A stretch of DNA of 64,000 nucleotides from Schmidtea polychroa (taxonomy: Eukaryota). The notes beneath the pieces were generated by a model. The model was not told where the DNA came from. It saw only the letters and a list, made by a program, of their open reading frames with translations, and searched no databases. The stretch covers positions 13,640,001 to 13,704,000 of the forward strand of contig CM097887.1 in the NCBI GenBank assembly GCA_044892525.1. Direction: 5' to 3'. The position numbers were made by a program, and so were the translations under genes. Positions 11,839 to 24,999 of the stretch are shown here, piece by piece (the stretch's first letter is position 1; each line of letters starts with the position of its first letter).

Positions 11839-12339
11839 TTAGGCGTGTCGCGCCCTGTTGGCTTTTGACCTGGTAATTTCTTCGACTGAGCCGACGGTTC
11901 TTCGGGGGCGTCCACGTCCTCTTGGTCGTTCCGGCCCATGCGGGGAAGTTCTTGGATAGTCTAGCCCACGGCGAAGAGCTGCGGTCCGCTTAGGGTGACA
12001 TTGAGCTCGTGCGTACCCGTCACAGTCTTCCAACTCGCCGGCCAGGGTTGCTTCCTCGAGTCGGTGTAATCGGTCCACCGCCACCTTTACCTCGTCAAAG
12101 GCATCGATCAAAACTAATGACGTATAGTTGAGGTAAGGCTCTACCTTCGGGGTTACGGGGACCACATTCTGGTAGGTCCAATCGTGGATTTTATACCAAA
12201 TCCACCTGGACCTTAAGCGAGTGATCTCTTCCTCCCGATCCAATCTGTTGATCTCGTTCGCTTCCTCCTGAGTTGTTTCGAGGCTTGAATCGGAAGATGA
12301 GGGACCGGCCTGTACATTTCTTGATCTAGTGCTGGGCAT
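11839..12339 (-). CDS. Hypothetical protein (166 aa) with Arg-rich C-terminus
   Basis: ATG-initiated ORF, markedly higher GC than flanks; no family recognised. Confidence 0.5.
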   Translation of the reverse strand: MPSTRSRNVQAGPSSSDSSLETTQEEANEINRLDREEEITRLRSRWIWYKIHDWTYQNVVPVTPKVEPYLNYTSLVLIDAFDEVKVAVDRLHRLEEATLAGELEDCDGYARAQCHPKRTAALRRGLDYPRTSPHGPERPRGRGRPRRTVGSVEEITRSKANRARHA

Positions 12340-13729
12340 GTCTATAATGATAAGATTTAATAGACGCTTGGGTGCGTAGTTAAAATTCGAACTATAGCAT
12401 CATACTATCAATCCGCTACACGATTTTTATGATTTAAATTGTTCAATAAAAGAAATCTTTTTATCTTAATAATTTTCAACTTACAAATCACTAAGTTTAT
12501 TAAATTAATAGTTTAGAAGTTATAAATTACCAGATATTTAAATTCAAAATTAATAAATTTGGATCTCACAAAATAGGGGAAATAAAAATTAAAATTTCAG
12601 ATTCTTGTTTATCTGCTTCAAAATTTAATTCCCCATTATATTAAGTAATCATCATAATTCTAATAATTTCGTAGTTCCCTTTTTTTTTATACTAATATGC
12701 TTCACAAAATTGTGCCACTCAGACTTATTATGGGAGGGGTATCGCTATGAGTCCTAGATTCGCATCTGGTCCCTAGCAATCCCTAACCGTATTGGTAGTG
12801 GGTGGCTTTCACTTCAACATCGTTCGGCAAGTAACTTTTTTATAACTTTGACATGGTTTAATTTCAGGAATTGGAATATCGTTGGTTATCACCTTTCATT
12901 AAATTCAACCGGATAATTAATTTTATCCTACTACTTTATGAACTAGTTGTTGGGTAATTTCATTGATTCTTTTACCAAATTAACCTATGATTTGCGATAT
13001 GCAACCATTATTGGATAGTTTTGTAAGTGCTTTTATTTACATTAAATTAATTCATAAATTTATGGTAATGTATCATACAACGTTGACTAATTATTATTTC
13101 TGTGTTATGATTTTATATCTTGACTTAGGTAGCTAGTCCTGTAGAAACAAAGGGAAGGAGAAGGTTTTCTTGTCATGCCTAGGTTGACTACTGGGTATCC
13201 TGGATTAGGTTCGCGCGGGTGTGATAGGTTTCGCACGAGAATCAATGTCCCGAATGACATGGTCAACGGTGATTGGCGCTTTTTTTTTAAAAAGTGTATG
13301 CATCGCTCATTTGGGCAGTCAGAGTGAGTTTGACGAGGCCCCTTTTAGTTGGTAAGGTTGTTGCTATTAATAGCAGTGGCCCCATTGGCTGATTCTCATC
13401 ATGAGCAAAAGTAAATCAATAAAGTTAATTTTGAATTTTCTATTTATAGTATCATTTTAATAAATCTATAAATTAGTTAAATGGGGTATATAGTTGATAG
13501 GTGGGCTGGGGTGGGGTTGAGGGTAAGGGTGAAGGCCAAATATAGATAGAAGTTGATTGACTTATCTGTAACTCTATTATTAGTGAATAAGCTAAATCAG
13601 GTTGGTAGTTCGTGGCAACGTCCCAATAATTTTGGATGATAACAATACCATAAAAAGGGGTTCATAATCTCAGAATAATGAATGTAATTAATACTGTAAA
13701 TTGGGTTTATAATTTTAAGTATCTAAATA

Positions 13730-14180
13730 ATATTAAATGATGATGCTACAATAAAATGGATTTAGAATTTTAGAACATCTAAATAATCTTAAATGATGAT
13801 TAACACAATAAACAGATTTGGGTTTTTATGATATATAAATAATATTGAATGGGAATAATACAATCAAATGGATATATGACTTTACAGTTTGAGAGTAAAA
13901 TGGATTTAAATTTTATAATATACACTACAATGGATTTACGATTTGATGGTATCTAATCACTTATAATTTTACGATCTCCAAATGTTCCTAAATGACAGCT
14001 AATACAATAAATGGATTTGGGTTTTTCGATATATAAATAGTATTGAATGTGAATAATACGATAGAAGGGATTTATAGTTTGAGAATAAAATGGATTTTAA
14101 AATTTTATAATATACGATAAAATGGGTTTATAATTTGAGGATATCTAATTAGTATTAGGCGATAATGATACAACGCAATG
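13730..14180. repeat. Degenerate AT-rich tandem repeats (AATGGATTT core; ~190-bp higher-order duplication)
   Basis: Repeated AATGGATTT units; 13800-13950 resembles 13995-14150. Confidence 0.6.
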
Positions 14181-14350
14181 GATTATAAACTCACAAAAAC
14201 TTGGGTCAATATAGATTGTAAAAATTAACTGGACTTCAGTACATATACATTTAAGAGTTAATGTCTATCATCCCGATAATCTGGATATTAATATTCGATA
14301 GCTCATGGTAAACTAAATGATTATAACATTGAAATTTTCTTAGATTCAAG

Positions 14351-14760
14351 TTATTGAGTGCTAATTTTCTGATCAATAAAATTATCAATAATATCGCTAA
14401 AGTAAATTACATCCGAGTATTCTGTCTCAATGCTAGTGAGAAACTCTTTGAATTGTCGATGATTCAATCCACGTGATCTTATGAAATTCACGGTTTTCAC
14501 AACAACTGTCATCACATGGTCCATCTTTAGTTCTTTTACACATAAATTCTCTTGGTGGATTATGCAATGTGATGCAATTAATTGCTCACTTCCTTTCATT
14601 TTAACAAGCTCCGCCTTCAATAAACCAACTACTCCATTTTTTATTCCAACCATTGCCGGAGCTCCGTCTGTCGTCATTCCTGTTAGTTTTGGAAGAAAAA
14701 GCCCGTTTTCTGCCAATGCAGCTCTAACGTCAACTGCATACATTCCTGAAAGCTTATCAA
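14351..14760 (-). pseudogene. hAT transposase fragment (SPIN/GTF2IRD2-like)
   Basis: TTDGAPAMVG...HCIIHQENLC...VVKTVNFIRSRGLNHRQF motifs. Confidence 0.9.
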
Positions 14761-16860
14761 GGGTCTGGTTATATGGTGTGGATCAATGAACACTGGGGGC
14801 CGTATCATGAACAATTCAATCAATCCCTTTGAATTAAAGGTTCTTACAACGACACTTAAAATTTAAGTGAATATGTAATGATTTGTAAATCGAGTTTCTA
14901 ATTTCTAAAAATTATTGTAATGATAACCGGCGATACCACGCTTGAAATTATTGATTATTTTATGTATTGTGTTCGTTTAACTTATCGATGATTATTAAAC
15001 TACCAATTACTTATATGACTCCGAGCGTGCTATATAATAACGAAAATTACATATCCAAAACTTATCACAATTGATTACAACGTATTCAACGACACCAATT
15101 TTCAATATACTTCAAATTTTTTAAATACTTATTACAACCCTTCGATAGGAATAACATAATACTGATAATACTCTGAGAACACAACCACTTGACCACTGCA
15201 AGTAACGGTCGATTCGCAAAATTGGTCCGATCAACTTTTTAACTTGATTTGCTTTCCTCAACTACTTCTGATTTATTAATTCAGTACGAAAGTTTTCTTG
15301 TCTCTTCCAACTGTTTTCCTGATTCTCAATAATTTATTTAAAATGTCCTCATAAATTGAAATTTACTAAATTTTTCTCGTTACTTTCCCAGTTTGTGTCC
15401 AGTTTTTATACCTTGCCATCTAACGGCACTTATTGATACATTGATTTGTTACCTGTTCCACTGGGCATTCCGTAATTTCTGACAATTTTAAAAGTTTTAA
15501 ACAAAGATAATAAAACTTTTTAAATTTCCATATTAAGATCAAAGATGCTAGATTATACATGTATTTTATAGGTTATGAAAAGTATTTTGTTTTGAAGACA
15601 GAGAAACGATATCGTTTTATTGACCAAATATTACTTATAGCGAATAACTAAAATACAAATATGGAAACGATTTTAACAAGTGTAATTACATATGTTAGCT
15701 ATGACAACTCGCGAGTAATGTTTTATTTTCTTCACTAGGAAAAAAGTGGTCCAAAGATTAAAATGTAAAAAAAATTTATTAATTTTAAAATAATAATATT
15801 AATAATTTCGCTTTAATTAGATTAAAATTAGATAGATTTTTTTTAATTATTAAAATTTTCACATTAAAAATTTCTTGATAATTGTAATTCAGCCCAGTCC
15901 GTTTTAGTCGGATCGGGATATCTCAAAGTCGGGATATCAAAGTCCGGATTTTTACTTTTACAATTCATATAAATTTTTACAAATTAAGTCGTAAAAATAA
16001 GTCTTATTTTTGATTATTTCGTAGGTATTGGTACTGGCGTGTATATTGATTTTTCCCCCTAAATATTACATACATTCACTGTCATTACGTAGAAATTTAA
16101 TAATGATGGTATTTAATTGTAATTATTAATTGGATAATTAATTTGTTTTAATAAATGCACTTTTAAAAATTATATAGAAAAAACAAATAATACGGCAAAA
16201 ACAATCTATTTGATATTTCGTAAATCGTATGAATTGTGACATTCCTATCGATTCCGACATAAGCACACTCGACTGTAATATGTTCTTAATGATCTTAATA
16301 AAACATAATTTAGTTTGATTTCATTTTTAATATTTCTATTTCGTAACGTAATGTCGTGCATACTTTTTAAACCCCTTTGAATAAAAGCTGGGACGAGATT
16401 AGAAATGTTTTTATTTCTAGTGGTAAACAATGCTCTCATTTATTCGTAAGATATAACGATTCCAAAAGTGTGATCAAAGTATCTTGTTTAATCATAGTTT
16501 TCGTTGTAACATCATAATGATTACATCATCGAATCGTGATGTCATTCAAAAAGATGCTAATTGAATTTTTAAGCTTTGTTTGTCATTGTATTACTTTGAA
16601 AAGAACCATTTCCTATTCGTAACATTGTTACGCAAAGACGAATGTGCGCTGAATATATTCCTATGCCGCCATTTCTAAGATTTAGACTGATTTTTAATTA
16701 TAACCGTAATAGAGCTTTGCAGAGGCATTCCACTAGCTTGGATTAAAGATGTGCATTACAACATTCAGAATACTAAGCCCTAATTACCTTAATTCAATAT
16801 TAAAGAGGCTGCTCCAACTTCATAATATTCATAATATTCATATCAACTTCATAATATAAA

Positions 16861-18521
16861 TGTTGGGGTTGGAGCAAAAACAAAATAAATTTCACATGGT
16901 ACCAGAAAGCAGAACAAAAATTGGTAAAATCAATATAAGTACAAAATTAATTAAAATTTAATGAAAATGAAAAATCAATATTGAACGGGGGTATCGGGTA
17001 TGGTTGAATGCCAAATTATTAGACGAGGTTAGAAAGCATAATAAAAATGTAATAGGGTGATCATAGAAAAAGTTAATAAGGAAAAACAAATTAATTAATC
17101 TGTAATGGAAAGCCCGAGCCAACGGAAAGCCCGAGCCAACGGAAAGCCCGAGCCAACGGAAAGCCCGAGCCCATGGGAAACCCGAGCACTGAAGAAAAGC
17201 CGATGCGCAGTGTGACCCGAGACACCAGATAAGGTAATAATAATTCGATTTATAATTTCAGGGTAAACAAATTAAAATAAATAAACAACACACGGGTTAT
17301 TTATAAAATGGAAAATAACCTGAAAGCTGGGGATTGGATTGGATCAAATTGGACCAACAAAAATTGAAATTTTAAATGGCAGAATTGCCAAAGATTTATC
17401 ATAACCTGAAATGGCATAATTGCCATCATGAAATGAATTATTATAAAATTATTATAAAGTATCATTATGGGATTGAGAATATTCTACCATCTTAATAAAT
17501 AATTAATAATTGAATAGATTCGAGGACGAATCTGGGGATTGGATTGGATCAAATTGGACCAACAAAAATTGAAATTTTAAATGGCATAATTGCCATCATG
17601 AAATGAATTGCCGATTATCGGCAAATTGGCTAAATTGCCAAAATATATTATTATTATAAAATTATTATAAAGTATCATTATGGGATTGAGAATATTCTAC
17701 CATCTCAATAAATAATTAATAATTGAATAGATTCGAGGACGAATCCTTATTAAAGGGGGAGATATGTTGGGGTTGGAGCAAAAACAAAATAAATTTCACA
17801 TGGTACCAGAAAGCAGAACAAAAATTGGTAAAATCAATATAAGTACAAAATTAATTAAAATTTAATGAAAATGAAAAATCAATATTGAACGGGGGTATCG
17901 GGTATGGTTGAATGCCAAATTGTTAGACGAGGTTAGAAAGCATAATAAAAATGTAATAGGGTGATCATAGAAAAAGTTAATAAGGAAAAACAAATTAATT
18001 AAAATTAATTAATCTTTAATGGAAAGCCCGAGCACTGAAGAAAACCCGATGCGCAGTGAGACCCGAGACACCAGATAAGGTAATAATAATTCGATTTATA
18101 ATTTCAAGCTAAACAAATTAAAATAATTGTCAAACCTTTCAAAATTTACTTTGGGTGCCCGGGGAAACAATTAATTTGAATTTGCTAGATAATTGGCCTC
18201 TTAGACACAGTATAAAAAGAGAGCTTAGAAATGAGCAAGTCGCCATTTGGTCGAAGAGAAAAAGGAAAAAGCTAAATAGAAAATCCAGCAAGGACAAGTC
18301 AAAAGAGGAATTTGTGAATTATAAAGAAGCTAGACTCGTACAAGAAAAGGTAATTGCCCCTTGGGTTCTTTACCTTAACGAAATAAATTTGAATTGAGAG
18401 AAAGGTGCAAATAGTGACAAATTGTAATTGTGATAAAAATCAAATAAAGTTATTTTGTGTTGAGTTTTTATTGATTTGGTAAAATAAGAACACGAGGAGT
18501 CAGAGAAAGGACCGACTTACA
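16861..18521 (+). mobile_element. LTR-derived non-coding element: ~420-bp direct repeats (16861.., 17765..) around a short internal region with PPT
   Basis: Both copies begin TGTTGGGG; AAAGGGGGAGA precedes the second; the internal ~205-bp segment is tandemly duplicated; TATA and AATAAA follow the second copy. No TSD or PBS found. Confidence 0.5.
17107..17190. repeat. 17-bp tandem repeat (GGAAAGCCCGAGCCAAC) x4 plus a variant
   Basis: Read directly; the paralogous LTR copy at ~18021 has a single unit. Confidence 0.9.
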
Positions 18522-19319
18522 AATAAAAACTTAACAATTTTCATTGTCTAATTTATTATTTCTTTTTTATTAAGTGTCTTATTTTATTTTAATTTTTTGT
18601 TTATTTTCCTGCTTTGTTTATCAGGTTTGTACTATTTCTTAATGTTACTTTCTTATTTTCTATTTCAATTCAGCCCAACACAAGTATAATATATTCCCTG
18701 ACGATCTATTAAGGATAATTTTATTATTTTTACAATTCCATGTTACTGATAAAAACTGTATACTAGTTGTTTGTCATGGCGTAAAGCGTATAATTGCAAC
18801 AAATTCTATTCAAGAAAACCTAATTAATTAATTTTTGCTAAGCATTAAAAAGAATATACCCCCAAAAATAATACAGTAAGTAAAACTAAATTTACCGGGT
18901 AAAATAAACAAACAAGTCGTTTTTTACAGTTAATGGTTTTGTATTTGTGTAAATAAAACAAAAAAGTAATTCGAGTAAATTAAAAAACAAATTAGATTTA
19001 AAAATTATTGGAGTTAAATTATTTATTTTAAAATTTACTAAAGTTTATGTCTTATTTTTATTAAAAATAAAAAGTATTATAAAATAATGAAATTTCAAAA
19101 TTTACCTGTAAATTAAAACTCGAATTATAAATTTTTTTTCTAATTTGCAAAATTAGTTTGAAATTTCAAACAATAAATTAAGAAATTTCATTTTATTAAA
19201 TGGTTTTAAAATAAAAAATAATTAATTGAAATAATAAAATAAAATTAAAATTTGAGATTTAAGACAACATAAGAAAAAATAACAAATAAAAAATATTTTC
19301 ATGCATATTGTCTTTTTAA

Positions 19320-21881
19320 CCTTCTGTCTGTGCATAGTAAATTTTCCATAGTCTGTGCATGGGGTCAACCCGACCCCATATATATTTTAATGCTTTTTAT
19401 GATCTTTTTGTTAAAAAATAGTCATGTTATTTTTATTAATTAATGAAAAAAACTTTATTCAAAATATATAAGATTAAGATAATTTAAATTATATTATATT
19501 ACATAAAAAAAATTAACCAGACGCATCGTCTGACATAATTTCATTGTTTTCTTCTTCGAGCGAATCCATTACTTCTTCGTTGATACAATTTATGCAAACG
19601 GTTTTTATATGTGTTTTGCAAGATAGCTGATTACAAACATAACATCTTGTTCCTGTTTTCTTATCAGCGGATCGAGGGCAAATATAACATCTTGGTCGCT
19701 TACTGACAGATCTATTTGCCGCTGTTCCTTCGGCTGTTGAATTCTGTGTAAGGTTTATTATATTATATCCTATTTGCTGAACAGCGATTTTAACATTTTT
19801 TTTCATTGCCCGTGGGTTCGATATTCGGTTTAATATATAATCCTTTACCAATTGCATAGCCAGCTCCTTCAAAAAGATTTTACGTTCATTGCTTTTCCGC
19901 TGAATGAATAGTTGTGGATTGGCACATTTGTACAGGTTATAAGCAGCTATACCTGTGAGATCAATCATATTAAAAAATAAAACCATTGGCCATCGTTTGG
20001 TCTTTCTTTTGCAGGTATAGGTACGAACTAATTTGTCGAGTGTGTCAACCCCTCCCTTCGTTTTATTATAGTCCAATATGATATTGGGTTTATTTGAATC
20101 GAGGTCAACAATATCATCATTGTGTAGAGTGGATAGTAACAATACATTCTTGTTGGGCTTCGGAACATAACTTACCAACGTCAGATGATCATCGAAGCAA
20201 AATTTGGATGAATTCACGACTCGGTTCTTAATTTCGGCCTTGTTCGTAAATTCTTTAGGTAGATCTGGTTTATTTGCGCGAATTGTTCCAATTATTGTTG
20301 TTTTTTTCTGTAACATTTGTTCTGCTAATGGACAGCTTGTAAAAAAGTTATCCATAGTTATAGTTCGTCCTTTATTGATATATGGTGCTGACAATCTATG
20401 AACTAAATTTAATGCGTAATCAACCGCACGTACCTCATTCGGTTGCTTGCCTACATAAATTTCTGCTTTCAATGGGTACGAATTCAATGCATCGCAAATC
20501 CAAAAAATTTTAATCCCGTACTTGCCTGGCTTTGATGGTATATATTGTCTGAATGAACATCGGCCACGCGTTAATACTAGTTGTTCATCTATAGTTAAGA
20601 ATGATGATGGTTTATAAGGTCCTTTGATATTTTCCAAAAACATATTCCATACATCACGGAAAGCTGCTAGCTTATCTTCCTTCAAACGTTCTGCTCTAGT
20701 TTGATAATTGTCGAAGCGCAAGAATCGTAAAAGCTGCTGCACTCTTTGTAATGACATTGCAGCCCGATAAAAAGGACGGTTATCCAGATGGTATAATTCA
20801 TTCAATCTTTCATCCCAGTTCTTATGAGCCCCAGCGTATATAAGTATACCAATCAGTGCATAAATTTCGTTTGAATTTGTATCATACCAAATACGTGCAG
20901 TGTTACTATTTATAGTGTAGAAATGCCGAGCTTTTCTATTTGTTTCGGCCACTATTACATTTATTAATGTCTCGGGAAGTATTTTTTTAAACGCGGCCAG
21001 ATGAGTATTTATATTTCGAGCTGTTTCAAGAGAAATTCCTTGTTTTTCTCTCAAGATCTGAAAGTCGCGAACTCTAGTTACATTTGGTGGACTTGCCCTC
21101 CATTTTCTTTTGTACTTTTTATTTTGCGCGTAATACCAAATTCCTTCTTCTTCCACTTCAGCTTCTATATTTTGTACTTCTTGGTCTTCATCAGTTTCTA
21201 TATTTTGTAGTTCTTGTTCTTCATCAGTTTCTATATTTTGCATTTCAACAGCAGCTTCATCTGTTGCTATATCGAGATCAGAAAAGTCACTATCAAAGTT
21301 ATCATTTGCTAGCTCTTCCTCATCAGAATCGATTATACTTTCGAAAAGATTTCGAATATCCTGGCTAGTTTGTCTTTTTCGGGCCATATCTAAATAACAA
21401 TCCAAATTATTATATACCTAGAAAATTAGACTACACAAAACAACCACAAAAATATATAAATATTCTCACCTTATAAAAATAGTCACCAAATAGTTTTTTA
21501 TATGAATATATAATTAATAATATATAATAATCCCCTAAAACACAAAGAAATGTAATACTAAATACAAAATGGTGAGTCTTTTCGAAACTATTGATAAAAA
21601 ACTATACAAAAGAAAGGAAAGAATATGATTTTGATTCAAAATGCATAACAAAAAAATTGGGGTCAGATTAACCCCAATGCACCAATATATAATTAAATTG
21701 CTTAAAACTATCGTAGCTACGTCATATATAATGTTTTTTTGATTATTTTTTTTGTAATATGTGTGTAAAACCTTAGTTGAGGCAAATCTAGTTGCTTGAC
21801 ATAGTTAGTTGGTGTAAAAACTTATTATATCACTTATTACAAAGACTGGGGTCCTTTTTACCCCAATGCACAGACAGAAGG
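19320..21881 (-). mobile_element. Full-length piggyBac transposon (2,562 bp)
   Basis: TTAA at 19316-19319 and 21882-21885; perfect 16-bp TIRs CCTTCTGTCTGTGCAT; subterminal GGGGTC...ACCCCA repeats; intact transposase. Confidence 0.97.
19513..21405 (-). CDS. piggyBac transposase (first ATG at 21387, ~624 aa)
   Basis: DDD triad (TIDEQL, TMDNFF, GGVDTLD), YGIKIFWICD motif and C-terminal Cys-rich domain; no stops. Confidence 0.97.
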   Translation of the reverse strand: MDCYLDMARKRQTSQDIRNLFESIIDSDEEELANDNFDSDFSDLDIATDEAAVEMQNIETDEEQELQNIETDEDQEVQNIEAEVEEEGIWYYAQNKKYKRKWRASPPNVTRVRDFQILREKQGISLETARNINTHLAAFKKILPETLINVIVAETNRKARHFYTINSNTARIWYDTNSNEIYALIGILIYAGAHKNWDERLNELYHLDNRPFYRAAMSLQRVQQLLRFLRFDNYQTRAERLKEDKLAAFRDVWNMFLENIKGPYKPSSFLTIDEQLVLTRGRCSFRQYIPSKPGKYGIKIFWICDALNSYPLKAEIYVGKQPNEVRAVDYALNLVHRLSAPYINKGRTITMDNFFTSCPLAEQMLQKKTTIIGTIRANKPDLPKEFTNKAEIKNRVVNSSKFCFDDHLTLVSYVPKPNKNVLLLSTLHNDDIVDLDSNKPNIILDYNKTKGGVDTLDKLVRTYTCKRKTKRWPMVLFFNMIDLTGIAAYNLYKCANPQLFIQRKSNERKIFLKELAMQLVKDYILNRISNPRAMKKNVKIAVQQIGYNIINLTQNSTAEGTAANRSVSKRPRCYICPRSADKKTGTRCYVCNQLSCKTHIKTVCINCINEEVMDSLEEENNEIMSDDASG

Positions 21882-22894
21882 TTAATAATAAAAAAACTTT
21901 TACAATTATGTCAATATCAATGTTAACATTAGTTGTTTCCAAATGAAGGGCATAATTAAGTGACTTGCTTGACAGTCTCAGAGTCATTCACTATTTCAAT
22001 TTAATTCAATTGAATCGAAGAAAAATTCGAAATTCCAACAATTTAATTCCAAAATACAAAGCAAAATTTGAATATTCACGAATTGAAACAAAATCTAAAA
22101 ATTCAAAATTCCAATAATAAATCCAAACATGAAATGCGCACTCAGACGGCAAAGAGAAACAATTGTAGTAGACTGAAACACATAAATTTAATAAAATTTA
22201 TTGTTGAATAAGAACTTTCACAAAGATACGTTAAAACAAAACCGTTTTTAAGCCAAAGTCAGTAAGTTTCGGAGCTTAATTAATTATCGTCACTAATAAC
22301 TATAAAATATTCTTCTTTAATAATCTCACAATCATCTAAAATTTCATTTAATTTTTAAATAAAATAAAATAAAAAATTATTTTTTACGAGCGTGTATTGG
22401 ACATCAGTGTTATTCAGGGGATAATAATAAGAAATTAACCAATCATTCATATTGAACCTCAGTTAATAATATGAACACTTATAATATTATTTATAATATT
22501 ATTTATAAACGTCTCAAACTACATTCATAATTAATTACAAGTGATCAAAATGAGGCGATTATCACGAACTTTCAGTTCCCAAGAAGATAGTTGACAACCA
22601 GCCTATTTGAGTATTATCTTACACAACTTGGAAACAACAGACCAAAAAATGAAATCGTTCAAAAAAGTTTACGATCTACTATTTGTAGTGGTTTCCTTGC
22701 TTTTATAGAATTAGATGATGAAGTCATGAAATCACAAATATTAATAGAATCACAAAATAATTTATTGTCTCTAAAATTACAACTTTTTAATTACAACTCA
22801 AAAAATATATTCAAAATCCAGTATTTACATGAAAAATTTGTAATTTTAAAGACAATAAATTATTTTGTGATTCTATTAATATTTGTGATTTCAT

Positions 22895-23581
22895 GGGCGC
22901 GCCCCCAAAACATCGACTTTTAGATAATCAACAACAAAATAATCAACTTCTAATTCATCTATTGGCGAAAACATTTGCTGTCTAAAACATCGAGTCCAAA
23001 ACATCAACAACAAATACATCGATTGTCAATAAAATCTACTTTAAAAACTTCTAAAACATCGAGTTTTAAAACATCTACAATTAAAATTAAATTAAATATG
23101 AAGAAAATTTTTATCAATTTGTGTTTGTTTTAATTATCTAAATTAGGCATGTAACTATTAGCCAACAAAATGTAGTTTTTGCAAGATATTGCATGCAAGT
23201 TAATAAATAGAAAATCAGATATTAAAAAAAATTATTGCTTCGAAGTTCTACAAATTAAATGTTGAGGTTAATTAAACTTTCATCTGATATTAAAATTTGT
23301 TGAATTAATTAAATTGATGAAAATATAACGAAAAGAGATGGTTTCAAAATTAAACAAATTAAAAAATAACTATTAAAAATTAAAAAAAATGATGAGAGCA
23401 TTTAATTAAAAAAGGTTTTAGGCGATTGATGTTCTTGCCTTTTATTACTAGATGTTATTGACAGTTGATGTTTTTGACAGTAGATGTTTTCGACAATAGA
23501 TGTTTTAAGGCTAAAAGAGATCTTTTCACACTCGATGTTTTAAAAATCGATGTACTAGAAGTCGATTTTATGAGGTGACCC
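22895..23581. mobile_element. Mutator-like (foldback) MITE
   Basis: GGG...CCC termini with long imperfect TIRs built of AAAACATC subrepeats; flanked by TGATTTCAT / GGATTTCAT (9-bp TSD, one mismatch). Confidence 0.75.
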
Positions 23582-24999
23582 GGATTTCATCATCTAATTC
23601 TCTAAAAGCAAGGAAACCAGATTTGGTTACTTTAACCACCACACTATTCATTCACCTTATCAATCGCAGAGAATTATAATGGGCTTCCTCTAAATCAATA
23701 ATACTCCACCTCTTTTTTCTTCGGGTCGCAACACTAATGGTATAAGCAAAAAATCATGAAACCCATTCTTTATTAATTTTAGAATTAGGTGTATAACAAA
23801 AAATACTTTATAAGACAGCAAAAAATGCTGTTGTATCCGTGTTCCGCGTAATATTTACTTGAAATAAAGCCACAACACAGTCACGCTTTCGACTTTAAAG
23901 TTATCAAAAATCGTTCAATATTAGGTCAACATATATCTGTAAATAATGCCTAAATGCGAGACTAATGTTTTCATCCACCCAATGTCGCTTGTCGTCGTTG
24001 TTAAACAAGTCGATTTTACTATTTTTAAAAGAAATAAGTTAATAGGTACTCGTTCCTACCCTAGTCTGTGGCACTATGTAAACTACGATGTTATTATAGT
24101 CTAAATATGACTAGTGTCAAATCTCAGCAATTTAACTCCCTCAGCTTTCATTGTTAGTTTATTAAGTTAAAGACTAACACTTTGGAAGTAAGTAAAACAA
24201 CTCTATAACCTAGGCACGTTTCTCACATTTTTAAATTTTCCTAAAATTGAACGTTGTTTTCTATTCGCCGAAATTGGAAATTGTTCAGAATTATATGTTC
24301 GAAAACCTACCAGATTACTATGAGCCAGGGATATTTTCCAATACCCTAATGCGAATAATCTTTGCTATGCATTTTCGCCGCTGTGATTCGATCACCATCA
24401 ATGACTTTGAAAATGTGTCCAACAAATCGATAAACAAACATCCGTCCATTGTCACTTGACCATGTTAAATCAAATAAACCTCGATAAAAATGTTTCCTTT
24501 TTTCTCATCTCGTTGCCACTATCAAAGAGATAAGCTGTCGAACGATAACCAACATCAAACCTCTCAATTTTACATCGATATTGTCAAAGATCTAATCAAC
24601 GCGAAATTAAATAATTATAGTTTTATTTCAACGAATTTCAATGCCGCAGCAATGCATAATAAATTTCAAAATAACTTTCAAGATTTCTTTTTTTTCTCCA
24701 GAAATTGATCACCAAAATATTCTCACACTATTCTCAAAGAATCTTTTATATCTGATTTTTGTCGAAAATTTTGACATTAATACAAATATAAACATGACTA
24801 GTCTTATATCAATTGGAGAGTGCCTGGAGTCTTTTTAACAATAATTGTTTTTATGATAATTTTCATTATTATGTACTTATTATGTAATTCTTATGGTTGA
24901 AAATTGTGAATTGTGCAGATTTTTTTATATAGCCTAAGTTTCTGTTTAATTTTTTATGGTTAAATATAAAATTAGAGTATAATATTTCCTTTTTCAAAA

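Larger units (their letters stand above)
10526..12400 (-). mobile_element. Repeat element (copy 1 of a three-member family) with two GC-richer ORFs and a conserved terminal module ending in CA
   Basis: Terminal module 10526-10745 is homologous to 28664-28930 and 43967-44140/57098-57174; ORF homology to 30513..30875. Upstream boundary not defined. Confidence 0.5.

Noticed and set aside
17107-17190. Short GC-rich direct repeats as a possible CRISPR array
   Set aside because: No spacers; head-to-tail minisatellite in a eukaryotic context. The same applies to 3091-3198.
24247-24459. NKHPSIV resembling a MULE transposase C-terminus
   Set aside because: Too few conserved residues to support a call.
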